36,146 bases of DNA from Gammaproteobacteria bacterium (GTDB lineage: Bacteria > Pseudomonadota > Gammaproteobacteria > Methylococcales > UBA2780). The translations under genes were made by a program, and so were the position numbers. This document shows, in pieces, positions 28,679 through 36,146 of this stretch. The notes under the pieces are model-generated. The model ran no database searches. It saw only the letters and a program-made list of their open reading frames with translations, and was not told the origin of the DNA. The stretch is from positions 1-36,146 of the forward strand of contig QNFJ01000003.1 in assembly GCA_003646305.1 (NCBI GenBank), given 5' to 3'. Positions within the stretch are counted from its first letter, which is position 1. Every line of letters starts with the position of its first letter.

Positions 28679-29455
28679 ATGATTAATAACTCATGGCTGA
28701 GTTTGCGGCCACTGATTCTTCTTCTCTCCGTTTTCGTGATATCACCTGCATGGTCTGATCATTTGGGTGATGCGGTTAAAGAGACGATTAAAAGCAATAA
28801 GTTGGCCGCAAAATCGCAGACAAAGGTAGATGGATTAAGCGATGAGACAAGACAGATGCTTGAGGAATACAGGCTGCTGTTGAAGGAAACGGAAACGCTG
28901 CATATTTATAATCAGCAGCTCAAGAACCTTCTGGTATCTCAGCATCGTGAAGAAGAATCTTTGCGGAGACAATTGCAGGAAATCGAGGTGACACGGCGTG
29001 AAATTGTTCCACTTATGCTGAACATGCTCGATAGCCTTAAAGTATTCATCTCCCTGGATGTTCCTTTCCTGACGAAAGAGCGTCATCAGCGGCTTGCACG
29101 ATTGCAGGAGATGATGGGGCGAGCTGACGTTACGCAGTCCGAAAAGTTTCGAAGGATACTCGAGGCCTACCAGATTGAAAATGAATATGGCCGAACCATT
29201 GAGGCCTATCGTGCGGACCTTGATTTGAATGGAATGCGTTATACGGTTGATTTTTTAAGACTGGGACGATTAAGCCTTTACTACCAGACACTCGATGGCA
29301 AGAAGACAGGCGTTTGGAGCCAGAAAGAAAAGTCATGGCAATCCCTTTCCGATAGCTATAAGCGAACGGTTTCAAATGGCTTGCAGATTGCGCGCAAACA
29401 GGTTGCGCCTGATTTACTGAAATTACCCATTCCAGTGCCGGAGGCAAAACAATGA
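28679..29455 (+). CDS. DUF3450 family protein (TtpB-like)
   Basis: Signal peptide, coiled coil, D.PFL..ER..R, SEKFRRILEAYQIE.EYGRT, LRLGR. Confidence 0.88.
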   Translation: MINNSWLSLRPLILLLSVFVISPAWSDHLGDAVKETIKSNKLAAKSQTKVDGLSDETRQMLEEYRLLLKETETLHIYNQQLKNLLVSQHREEESLRRQLQEIEVTRREIVPLMLNMLDSLKVFISLDVPFLTKERHQRLARLQEMMGRADVTQSEKFRRILEAYQIENEYGRTIEAYRADLDLNGMRYTVDFLRLGRLSLYYQTLDGKKTGVWSQKEKSWQSLSDSYKRTVSNGLQIARKQVAPDLLKLPIPVPEAKQ

Positions 29456-30798
29456 AAATAGTGATGCGCTCAGCACTTTTATTGCTTTTGAGTTGGGTGA
29501 CAGTGAGCCTCGCTGAGGCTCCCACCAGTTTGGATCAGTTGCTGCAACAGGTTCGAAAAATGCACAGCCGAGAAGCCACAGCAAACAGAGTGCGGGAGCG
29601 CCAGTTTTTGCAGGAAAGGAATGCGCAAAAGAAGCTTTTAGCTAAAGCACGAAAGGAAAAAAATGCTGCAGAGACGTTGAGTATTGACCTTAAACGCCGT
29701 TTTGATGGAAAAGAAAAAGCACTGCTTGAACTGGAGGACGAGTTACGGGAAAAGACAGGTGTGCATGGAGAGCTGTTTGGTGTTGCGCGACAGGTTGCGG
29801 GTGACTTAAGTGCAAATCTGCAAACCTCTTTGATTTCGTCGGAGTACCCGGGGCGTCTGGAGGCATTGGATCAGATAGCTAACAGGAAAGATTTGCCAAC
29901 TATCGAACAGCTCGAATCTCTCTGGTTTACGCTTCAACAGGAGATGACGGAATCAGGAAAATCGGTGAAGTTTCAGGCGGAGGTGATGTCGCCAAGCGGT
30001 GAACCTGAAATGAAGCAGGTTGAGAGATTGGGGTTGTTTAATATTTTGGCAGATGGCCGTTATCTTAAATATCTTCCCGAGACAGGGCGTTTGGTCGAGC
30101 TGGAAAGACAGCCCCCTCCTCACTATTTACGCTTGACAAAAAACCTTCAAAATCCAGAAGGGGAGCGAGTTGAAATCGCTATTGATCCAACAAGAGGTGC
30201 TTTGCTCGGTATGTTGGTTCTGGCACCGGATGTGAGTGAGCGAGTTCGACAGGGTGGAATTATTGGTTATGTCATTATTGCGCTAGGTATCATCGGCTTG
30301 ATCCTGGCGATTGTTCGCCTTGTTTACCTCTATCGAGTTAACAGGAAAGTTAACGCTCAACTGGCGGATCTTTCAAATCCACGAGATGACAACCCGTTGG
30401 GGCGAGTTTTGGAGGTTCCGCAGCAGCTAAAGACCTATGATATGGAAACACTTGAGTCGTTGCTTGATGAGGCAATTCTGCGCGAGACTCCTAAGCTGGA
30501 AAGTGGCCAGTCACTCCTCAAGCTATTTGCCGCTGTTGCGCCATTATTAGGTTTATTGGGGACGGTTACCGGCATGATAGCGACATTTCAATCAATTAGT
30601 CTGTTTGGGACGGGTGACCCAAAGCTGATGGCGAGTGGGATTTCTCAAGCACTTGTGACGACCATGCTCGGCTTGATTGCAGCAATTCCGCTGCTCTTTA
30701 TGCATGCGCTGGTTGCGAACCGAAGTAAAACACTGGTGCAAATTCTCGATGAGCAGAGTGCTGGACTGGTTAGCCGAATTATTGAAACCAGGAAATAG
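29452..30798 (+). CDS. TtpC-type long MotA/TolQ/ExbB family protein
   Basis: Signal peptide and periplasmic domain, DPTRG, C-terminal APLLGLLGTVTGMI..F and GISQALVTT.LGL. Confidence 0.9.
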   Translation: MKIVMRSALLLLLSWVTVSLAEAPTSLDQLLQQVRKMHSREATANRVRERQFLQERNAQKKLLAKARKEKNAAETLSIDLKRRFDGKEKALLELEDELREKTGVHGELFGVARQVAGDLSANLQTSLISSEYPGRLEALDQIANRKDLPTIEQLESLWFTLQQEMTESGKSVKFQAEVMSPSGEPEMKQVERLGLFNILADGRYLKYLPETGRLVELERQPPPHYLRLTKNLQNPEGERVEIAIDPTRGALLGMLVLAPDVSERVRQGGIIGYVIIALGIIGLILAIVRLVYLYRVNRKVNAQLADLSNPRDDNPLGRVLEVPQQLKTYDMETLESLLDEAILRETPKLESGQSLLKLFAAVAPLLGLLGTVTGMIATFQSISLFGTGDPKLMASGISQALVTTMLGLIAAIPLLFMHALVANRSKTLVQILDEQSAGLVSRIIETRK

Positions 30799-30806
30799 AT
30801 AGAAAC

Positions 30807-31331
30807 ATGATCGCTCTTCTTGATTTGATTGATTCAATGCGCGCCTTTATGGAGACAGGTGGAGATGTGCTATGGGTTATTTTGCTACTGGCAATTGTAC
30901 TGTGGAGCCTGGTTGTTGAGCGTTTTATCTATCTAAGAAAGGTCTGGCCGGTTCAGAAGGCGGAATGGGTCAGTAGTTGGGCAAACAGACAAGATAAGCA
31001 TTCATGGAAGGCGCGTTGTATTCGTGAGCAGCTGATTTCAGAAGCGAAACAACAGCTGGAAAAAACGGTCCCGATTATCAAAATGCTCATTGGTCTCTGT
31101 CCGCTGCTAGGCCTTTTAGGCACAGTGACGGGGATGATTCACCTGTTTGATGTGATGGCGGTGACAGGGACAGGCAATGCGCGTGCGATGGCTTCGGGCG
31201 TCTCGCAGGCAACCATCCCAACAATGGCCGGAATGGTCATCGCGATTGCAGGGCTTTACTTTAGCAACCGCATAGAGGGACGGACAAAGGATGCAGCTCG
31301 CCACCTTAGTGATTTACTTAAACACGACTGA
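30807..31331 (+). CDS. exbB: ExbB (short MotA/TolQ/ExbB family)
   Basis: CPLLGLLGTVTGMI, MASGVSQATIPTMAGM. Confidence 0.88.
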   Translation: MIALLDLIDSMRAFMETGGDVLWVILLLAIVLWSLVVERFIYLRKVWPVQKAEWVSSWANRQDKHSWKARCIREQLISEAKQQLEKTVPIIKMLIGLCPLLGLLGTVTGMIHLFDVMAVTGTGNARAMASGVSQATIPTMAGMVIAIAGLYFSNRIEGRTKDAARHLSDLLKHD

Positions 31332-31346
31332 CATTAGAGGTTAATT

Positions 31347-31760
31347 ATGCGTCGTCGAATAAACCGAAAACAGGGTGCCGAGGAGTCAGAGATTAACCTG
31401 ACTCCCATGCTCGATATTGTTTTTATCATGCTGATTTTTTTCATTGTCACAACCTCTTTTGTAAAGGAATCGGGCATTGATGTTAATCGCCCATCTGCGC
31501 AAACAGCGGAAAGGAAAGAGCGGGCAAACATCATTGTTGCGATTAAAGCGGATGGTGAGGTGTGGATCGATAAACGTGTCGTGGACAGACGTGCCATACG
31601 GGCTAATGTGGCGAGGCTTCATGCTGAAAACCCGCAAGGGTCTGTTGTTATTGCAGCAGACCGAGAAACCAAAACACATGTGCTGGTAGAGGTTATGGAT
31701 CAGATTCGTCTTGCCGGTATTTATAACGCCTCGATTGCGACGGAGACGGCCACTCAATGA
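31347..31760 (+). CDS. exbD: ExbD
   Basis: INLTPMLDIVFIMLIFFIVT. Confidence 0.93.
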   Translation: MRRRINRKQGAEESEINLTPMLDIVFIMLIFFIVTTSFVKESGIDVNRPSAQTAERKERANIIVAIKADGEVWIDKRVVDRRAIRANVARLHAENPQGSVVIAADRETKTHVLVEVMDQIRLAGIYNASIATETATQ

Positions 31761-32389
31761 TTCAAAGGCTGTTTCCTGCTATTACAGCGGGTGTTGCCAT
31801 TTCATTGGCACTTTTCTGGTTGATGAATTTTATGATCTCAAATGATCAGGCGGTGCTGAAGAAAAGTGAAACACTGCATATGGTCGATTTTATTCGCCTA
31901 AAGCATGAATCCTTGTTTGAGACAAAAGAACGCCACAAACCTAAAAAAAGGGAGCCAGATCAAAAGCCGGCAACCCCGAAAATGTCGGTTGCAAAGAATA
32001 TTGTTCAGGCGGATAGCCCTGATATCGATATGCCGAATCTGGATATACCATTACAGCCGAGCAATTTCTCAGGCTCGTTGGTTGGTGGATTGAAGATGGG
32101 CTCGGGAATTGCCATGGGTGCAGAGCTGATGCCATTGGTCAGGATTCCGCCAAAATACCCAATGAGGGCAGCTATGGATCGGATTGAAGGCTGGGTGAAA
32201 GTTGAATTTACGATTACAGAAACCGGCATGGTTAAGGATGCAATTGTGGCGGAATCAAAACCATCAAGGGTTTTTGATAGGGCGGCACTTCGAGCAATCG
32301 TCAAGTGGAAATTTAGGCCCAAGCTGGTTGATGGCCGCCCAGTTTCTCAGCGGGCCCTGCAGCTACTCGAATTCAAGCTGGTCAAATGA
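31757..32389 (+). CDS. tonB: Energy transducer TonB (short, TonB2-like)
   Basis: N-terminal TM, P.YP..A....IEG.V.VEF, FD.AA..A..KWKF.P. Confidence 0.9.
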   Translation: MIQRLFPAITAGVAISLALFWLMNFMISNDQAVLKKSETLHMVDFIRLKHESLFETKERHKPKKREPDQKPATPKMSVAKNIVQADSPDIDMPNLDIPLQPSNFSGSLVGGLKMGSGIAMGAELMPLVRIPPKYPMRAAMDRIEGWVKVEFTITETGMVKDAIVAESKPSRVFDRAALRAIVKWKFRPKLVDGRPVSQRALQLLEFKLVK

Positions 32390-33618
32390 GACAAGTCAGA
32401 AACGGGTATTCTCGGCTCCTGGTTATTCTTTTTATTCTGCTATTTTCTAGCGCGAGTTTCTCGGCGGGTGGCAACAAAACGGTCTCCTCGTGGCTTTACA
32501 AACGGCTGGAGGCGGTGGAGAAGCAACTGGTTCTCAAAGAATACGCAAAAGCGACTTTGTTGTTACAGAAAACCTTAAAAAAGCTACCCAACAAGAATTA
32601 CGAAAGAGCCGTTGTTTTACGCTCTTTGGCATCGGTAAATGCCATGCAGGGGCATTATAAAAGAGCACTTCCGCTGCTAGAGGAAAGTCTGGAAACAGGT
32701 GCGTTACCGAAGGAGCAGGCGTCGCGTGCCCGATTGAATTTGGGGCAACTGTACATGGCCGATGGGCAGTACCAGAAAACTGTGAGCATTATGGAAAAGT
32801 GGTTGCGTGAGACTGAAAAACCGGCGCCTCAGGATCAAATATTACTTGCACAGGCCTATGCTCAGCTTAAACAGTATAAAAAAGCGTTGCCACTAGTCGA
32901 TAAGGCTGTTGCGGCATCGCCCAAACCGGTTGAATCCTGGTATCAGCTACAACTTGCGCTGAATTATGAACTGGGGAGATATCGGCAGTGTGCAGTTGTT
33001 CTTCAGAAGCTGGTTCGTTTTTATCCAGATAAAAAAAGATACTGGAAGGATCTGGTCGGTATTCATCAACAGCTCAAAGACTATAAAAGTGCTTTGGCGG
33101 TGATGGAGTTGGCACATCAGAAAGCACTGCTAATTGAGGATAAAGAGCTTATTCAGCTAGCAAACCTTTACCTCTATCTCGATATGCCACTAAAAGCCTC
33201 GCGACTTCTGGAAAAGGAGCTTGGCTCGGGTAAGGTGGAAAAAACAGAAAAAAATCTGGAGCTACTCGCCAATAGCTTTATTCAGGCGAAAGAATACAAG
33301 CGGGCAGAGCGACCACTGAGAGAGGCGGCAGAGTTATCCAAAAATGGCTTGCTATATATTCGTTTGGCGCGGATTTTAATTGAGCAGGAGCAGTGGAGAA
33401 GTGCTCAACGTAACCTCATGAAAGGGATTAAAAAAGGAAATCTAAAAAATCCTGGTGAGGCTTGGCTATTAATGGGCGTGAGCTGTTACGAGCGGAATAA
33501 GTCGGTCTGTAGCCGAAGGGCATTTAATAAGGCGGCTAACTATAAAAAGCAAAAGAAGTCAGCGCAGCAGTGGTTGCAGTATATCAACGAGGAAGATGCT
33601 TCCAATAATCCCGACTAA
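32386..33618 (+). CDS. Periplasmic TPR protein (TtpD-like)
   Basis: Signal peptide and multiple TPR-like helical repeats. Last gene of the TonB operon. Confidence 0.82.
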   Translation: MRQVRNGYSRLLVILFILLFSSASFSAGGNKTVSSWLYKRLEAVEKQLVLKEYAKATLLLQKTLKKLPNKNYERAVVLRSLASVNAMQGHYKRALPLLEESLETGALPKEQASRARLNLGQLYMADGQYQKTVSIMEKWLRETEKPAPQDQILLAQAYAQLKQYKKALPLVDKAVAASPKPVESWYQLQLALNYELGRYRQCAVVLQKLVRFYPDKKRYWKDLVGIHQQLKDYKSALAVMELAHQKALLIEDKELIQLANLYLYLDMPLKASRLLEKELGSGKVEKTEKNLELLANSFIQAKEYKRAERPLREAAELSKNGLLYIRLARILIEQEQWRSAQRNLMKGIKKGNLKNPGEAWLLMGVSCYERNKSVCSRRAFNKAANYKKQKKSAQQWLQYINEEDASNNPD

Positions 33619-33742
33619 TTTGCTGTGAATAGTGGTATTATTTTCTGCAGAATAGCTTTGCGATGGGTTGGCGTGTTATTTTTGACCCGTTAAGGGTGTC
33701 TTTATTTATTATTGTATTTAGTTTCAGAAATAGGAGATTTTA

Positions 33743-34345
33743 ATGAGCGTTTTAGTTGGCAAAAAAGCCCCAGATTTCACCGCCCCCGCGGTCTTAGGCG
33801 ATGGTAGCATCGTTGATTCGTACACCTTGTCTGATGAAATTAAAGGCAAGTATGCGGTTGTTTTCTTTTACCCGCTCGATTTCACTTTTGTCTGCCCATC
33901 CGAGCTGATCGCGTTTGATCACCGTTTAGATGAGTTCAAAAAACGGGGTGTTGAGGTGATTGGTGTCTCAATCGACTCACACCTTACCCATAACGCATGG
34001 CGGAATACGGCGATCAATGATGGTGGTATTGGTCAAATTGGATACACGTTGGTTGCCGACATGACGCACTCAATTTGTAAAGATTACGATGTAGAATCTG
34101 ACGGTGGTATGGCGTATCGCGGCTCCTTCCTCATCGATACAGACGGTGCTGTTCGTCATCAGGTTGTTAACGACCTGCCTTTGGGGCGGAATGTTGACGA
34201 AATGCTACGTATGGTTGATGCGTTACAGTTCCACGAAGAGCACGGAGAGGTTTGCCCGGCTGGTTGGACTCAAGGTGATAGTGGTATGAGTGCAAGCCCG
34301 GAAGGCGTTGCAGCTTACCTAACAGAGAATGCTGATAAACTCTGA
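33743..34345 (+). CDS. ahpC: Typical 2-Cys peroxiredoxin (AhpC/TsaA)
   Basis: FYPLDFTFVCPSE, GRNVDE, GEVCPAGW. AGGAG SD. Confidence 0.94.
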   Translation: MSVLVGKKAPDFTAPAVLGDGSIVDSYTLSDEIKGKYAVVFFYPLDFTFVCPSELIAFDHRLDEFKKRGVEVIGVSIDSHLTHNAWRNTAINDGGIGQIGYTLVADMTHSICKDYDVESDGGMAYRGSFLIDTDGAVRHQVVNDLPLGRNVDEMLRMVDALQFHEEHGEVCPAGWTQGDSGMSASPEGVAAYLTENADKL

Positions 34346-34369
34346 TTTATAAGAATCTTCAGTAGTGAG

Positions 34370-34401
34370 AAACGCGGTGCTTTTTAGCGCCGCGTTTTTT
34401 T
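34370..34401 (+). terminator. Intrinsic terminator after ahpC
   Basis: AAACGCGGTGCT-TTTT-AGCGCCGCG-TTTTTTT. Confidence 0.85.
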
Positions 34402-34495
34402 ATAAGCCAGCTAAAGTGAGTTTGTGAGGGTGGCTCAATTATAAAAGGCAAGATGCTAGTAACTGCGTTCTATTTTCGAAAGAAAAAGGGTAGAG

Positions 34496-34981
34496 CTATC
34501 TTCGCTCCCACACCGTAAAGTGATAACCAAAATTGGTTTCATCCGAAGCCTCGAAACTCTCCCTTTCAGTCTCTTCCCATTCACCCAAACTGTACTCTGG
34601 AAAAAAAGCATCGCCCTCAATATCCAGCTCTATAAAGGTTAGGTAAAGACTGTCGGCTTTTGAAATAAGCTGCCGGTAGAATGAGTCACCACCAATCACC
34701 ATCACCTCTTCATATGTTCTTGTCGCCTCTAGCGCTTCATCTATTGAATGATAGATGGTGCAACCTTCGGCACTAAAACTTTTGTCGCGTGTCAGAACAA
34801 TATTTTCCCTGCCGGGTAGCGGCCTACCGATCGATTCGTAGGTTTTACGTCCCATCAGGATCGGCTTACCCATAGTGATCTTTTTAAAATGTTGCAGATC
34901 AGCAGATAGCTGCCAGGGAAGTCGATTTTCGATTCCGATAACGCGGTTATTAGCCATCGCGGCGATTAGTGAAAGTCTCAT
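34496..34981 (-). CDS. folA: Dihydrofolate reductase
   Basis: [43 protein letters not shown]. Confidence 0.96.
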   Translation of the reverse strand: MRLSLIAAMANNRVIGIENRLPWQLSADLQHFKKITMGKPILMGRKTYESIGRPLPGRENIVLTRDKSFSAEGCTIYHSIDEALEATRTYEEVMVIGGDSFYRQLISKADSLYLTFIELDIEGDAFFPEYSLGEWEETERESFEASDETNFGYHFTVWERR

Positions 34982-35149
34982 ATTTTGTTGTTTCTGGGTA
35001 GTCGCATATTCAGGTTTAACTGCGCCACTTTTGCAGGAAGCTGCAAACAGGTACTCACATTGTGCATAATGGCAGAATTAATGTTGTTTATACACAGGGA
35101 AGCCGGCGTTAAATTAGCAACCAATCAAACACCGTTACAAACTATATAT

Positions 35150-36001
35150 ATGAAACAATATCTGGAGCTGTGCCAAAGGATCGTCGATGAAGGTGTCTGG
35201 ATCGACAATAAAAGAACAGGTAAGAGCTGTCTGACAGTGATTAATGCCGACCTCACCTACGATGTCGCTAGCCGAGCATTTCCACTCGTAACAACACGAA
35301 AGAGCTTTTATAAGTCGGCTATCGCGGAAATGATTGGATATATCCGTGGTTATGATAACGCGGCTGACTTTAGAAAACTGGGTACACCTACCTGGAATGC
35401 TAATGCCAATGAAAATGGGGAGTGGCTTGCAAATCCATATCGAAAAGGAAAAGATGATTGTGGTTTTATCTACGGAAAGGTGGGGCGAAACTTCCCAAAG
35501 CCCGATGGGGGTAGCGTTGATTTGCTACGCAAGATAGTCGATGACCTGAGTAATGGCGTAGATGATCGGGGTGAAATCTATACTTTTTATCACCCGGGAG
35601 CCTTCCATATGGGCTGTCTACGTCCTTGCATGTACAGCCATCATTTTTCTTTGCTAGGCAATACTCTTTATTTAAACAGCACCCAAAGAAGCTGCGATGT
35701 TCCGCTAGGCCTAAATTTTAATATGGTGCAGGTCTATTTTTTCCTCGCAATCATGGCGCAAATTACCGGGAATAAGGCTGGACAGGCTTATCATAAGATC
35801 GTCAATGCACACATCTATGAGGACCAACTGGAGCTGATGCGAGATGTGCAATTAAAGCGGAAGCCTCTCCCCGCACCAAAACTGCTCATCAACCCAGATA
35901 TTAAATCCCTGCAAGATCTTGAAACTTGGGTGACGCTTGATGATTTTGAGGTGGAAGGTTACGAGCACCACGAGCCGGTAAAATATCCTTTTTCGGTGTA
36001 G
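35150..36001 (+). CDS. thyA: Thymidylate synthase (283-aa type)
   Basis: MKQYLEL start, [31 protein letters not shown]-terminal YPFSV. Start reassigned to ATG 35150. Confidence 0.96.
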   Translation: MKQYLELCQRIVDEGVWIDNKRTGKSCLTVINADLTYDVASRAFPLVTTRKSFYKSAIAEMIGYIRGYDNAADFRKLGTPTWNANANENGEWLANPYRKGKDDCGFIYGKVGRNFPKPDGGSVDLLRKIVDDLSNGVDDRGEIYTFYHPGAFHMGCLRPCMYSHHFSLLGNTLYLNSTQRSCDVPLGLNFNMVQVYFFLAIMAQITGNKAGQAYHKIVNAHIYEDQLELMRDVQLKRKPLPAPKLLINPDIKSLQDLETWVTLDDFEVEGYEHHEPVKYPFSV

Positions 36002-36146
36002 TGAGTGGGTACTGCTTTAGCTCACCACTGAGAACACGAGGGCCACAGAGGAACGTCGGTTTAATCTCTAAAAGAGCTCTATTGGCTCGGTGCTGATAAT
36101 GATCCAATCAAGGGCGTGCTGATGTGGAGAGGTCAATGTTTTTACA

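Noticed and set aside
33629-33664. OxyR site upstream of ahpC (ATAG-N5-TTAT...ATAG-N5-CGAT)
   Set aside because: Spacing does not fit ATAG-N7-CTAT-N7-ATAG-N7-CTAT, and the context is AT-rich.
35015-35040. Minus-strand AKVA peptide upstream of folA as a relic of a former co-directional thyA C-terminus
   Set aside because: Only four residues match and a frameshift is needed, so it is indistinguishable from chance.
416-36107. Numerous 60-142 aa ORFs overlapping or antisense to identified genes (e.g. 8015-8413, 14258-14635, 20004-20432, 29130-29525, 31386-31757, 35901-36107)
   Set aside because: They lie within or overlap well-conserved genes, show no recognisable motifs, and are expected shadow ORFs.
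1-36146. CRISPR arrays, tRNA/rRNA, IS elements, prophage or dedicated defence islands
   Set aside because: No repeat-spacer periodicity, cloverleaf, transposase, integrase or phage-like ORFs were seen. Intergenic gaps are short and gene content is housekeeping.

Overview
A 36 kb core-genome segment of a gammaproteobacterium (inferred from gene content and synteny). It contains: (i) a minus-strand cytochrome c cluster with two monoheme cytochromes c, diheme c4, System II maturation genes resB/resC and a partial dsbA, divergent from yihA/engB; (ii) the SAM-cycle operon metK-ahcY-metF-ycgL; (iii) a bioA remnant, then rsmE-gshB-tonB-algH-yqgF-pyrR-pyrB-pyrC'-pyrK; (iv) pilT/pilU opposite yggS-proC-yggT-yggU; (v) a lone dynamin-like GTPase; (vi) aroG-hemN-thiS-thiG-trmB; (vii) a six-gene TtpC-type TonB system; (viii) ahpC, and divergent folA/thyA. 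I saw no rRNA, tRNA, CRISPR array, transposase or prophage. The strongest non-obvious signal is non-coding: a SAM-II riboswitch aptamer just downstream of a sigma70 promoter, apparently coupled to an intrinsic terminator/antiterminator upstream of metK. Other observations are the hybrid beta/gamma cytochrome c locus with duplicated cytochromes and promoters, an FNR-like class II promoter ahead of aroG-hemN, and the bioA deletion scar. I cannot support a wholly new protein system from the sequence alone. All calls are by eye, without database searches.
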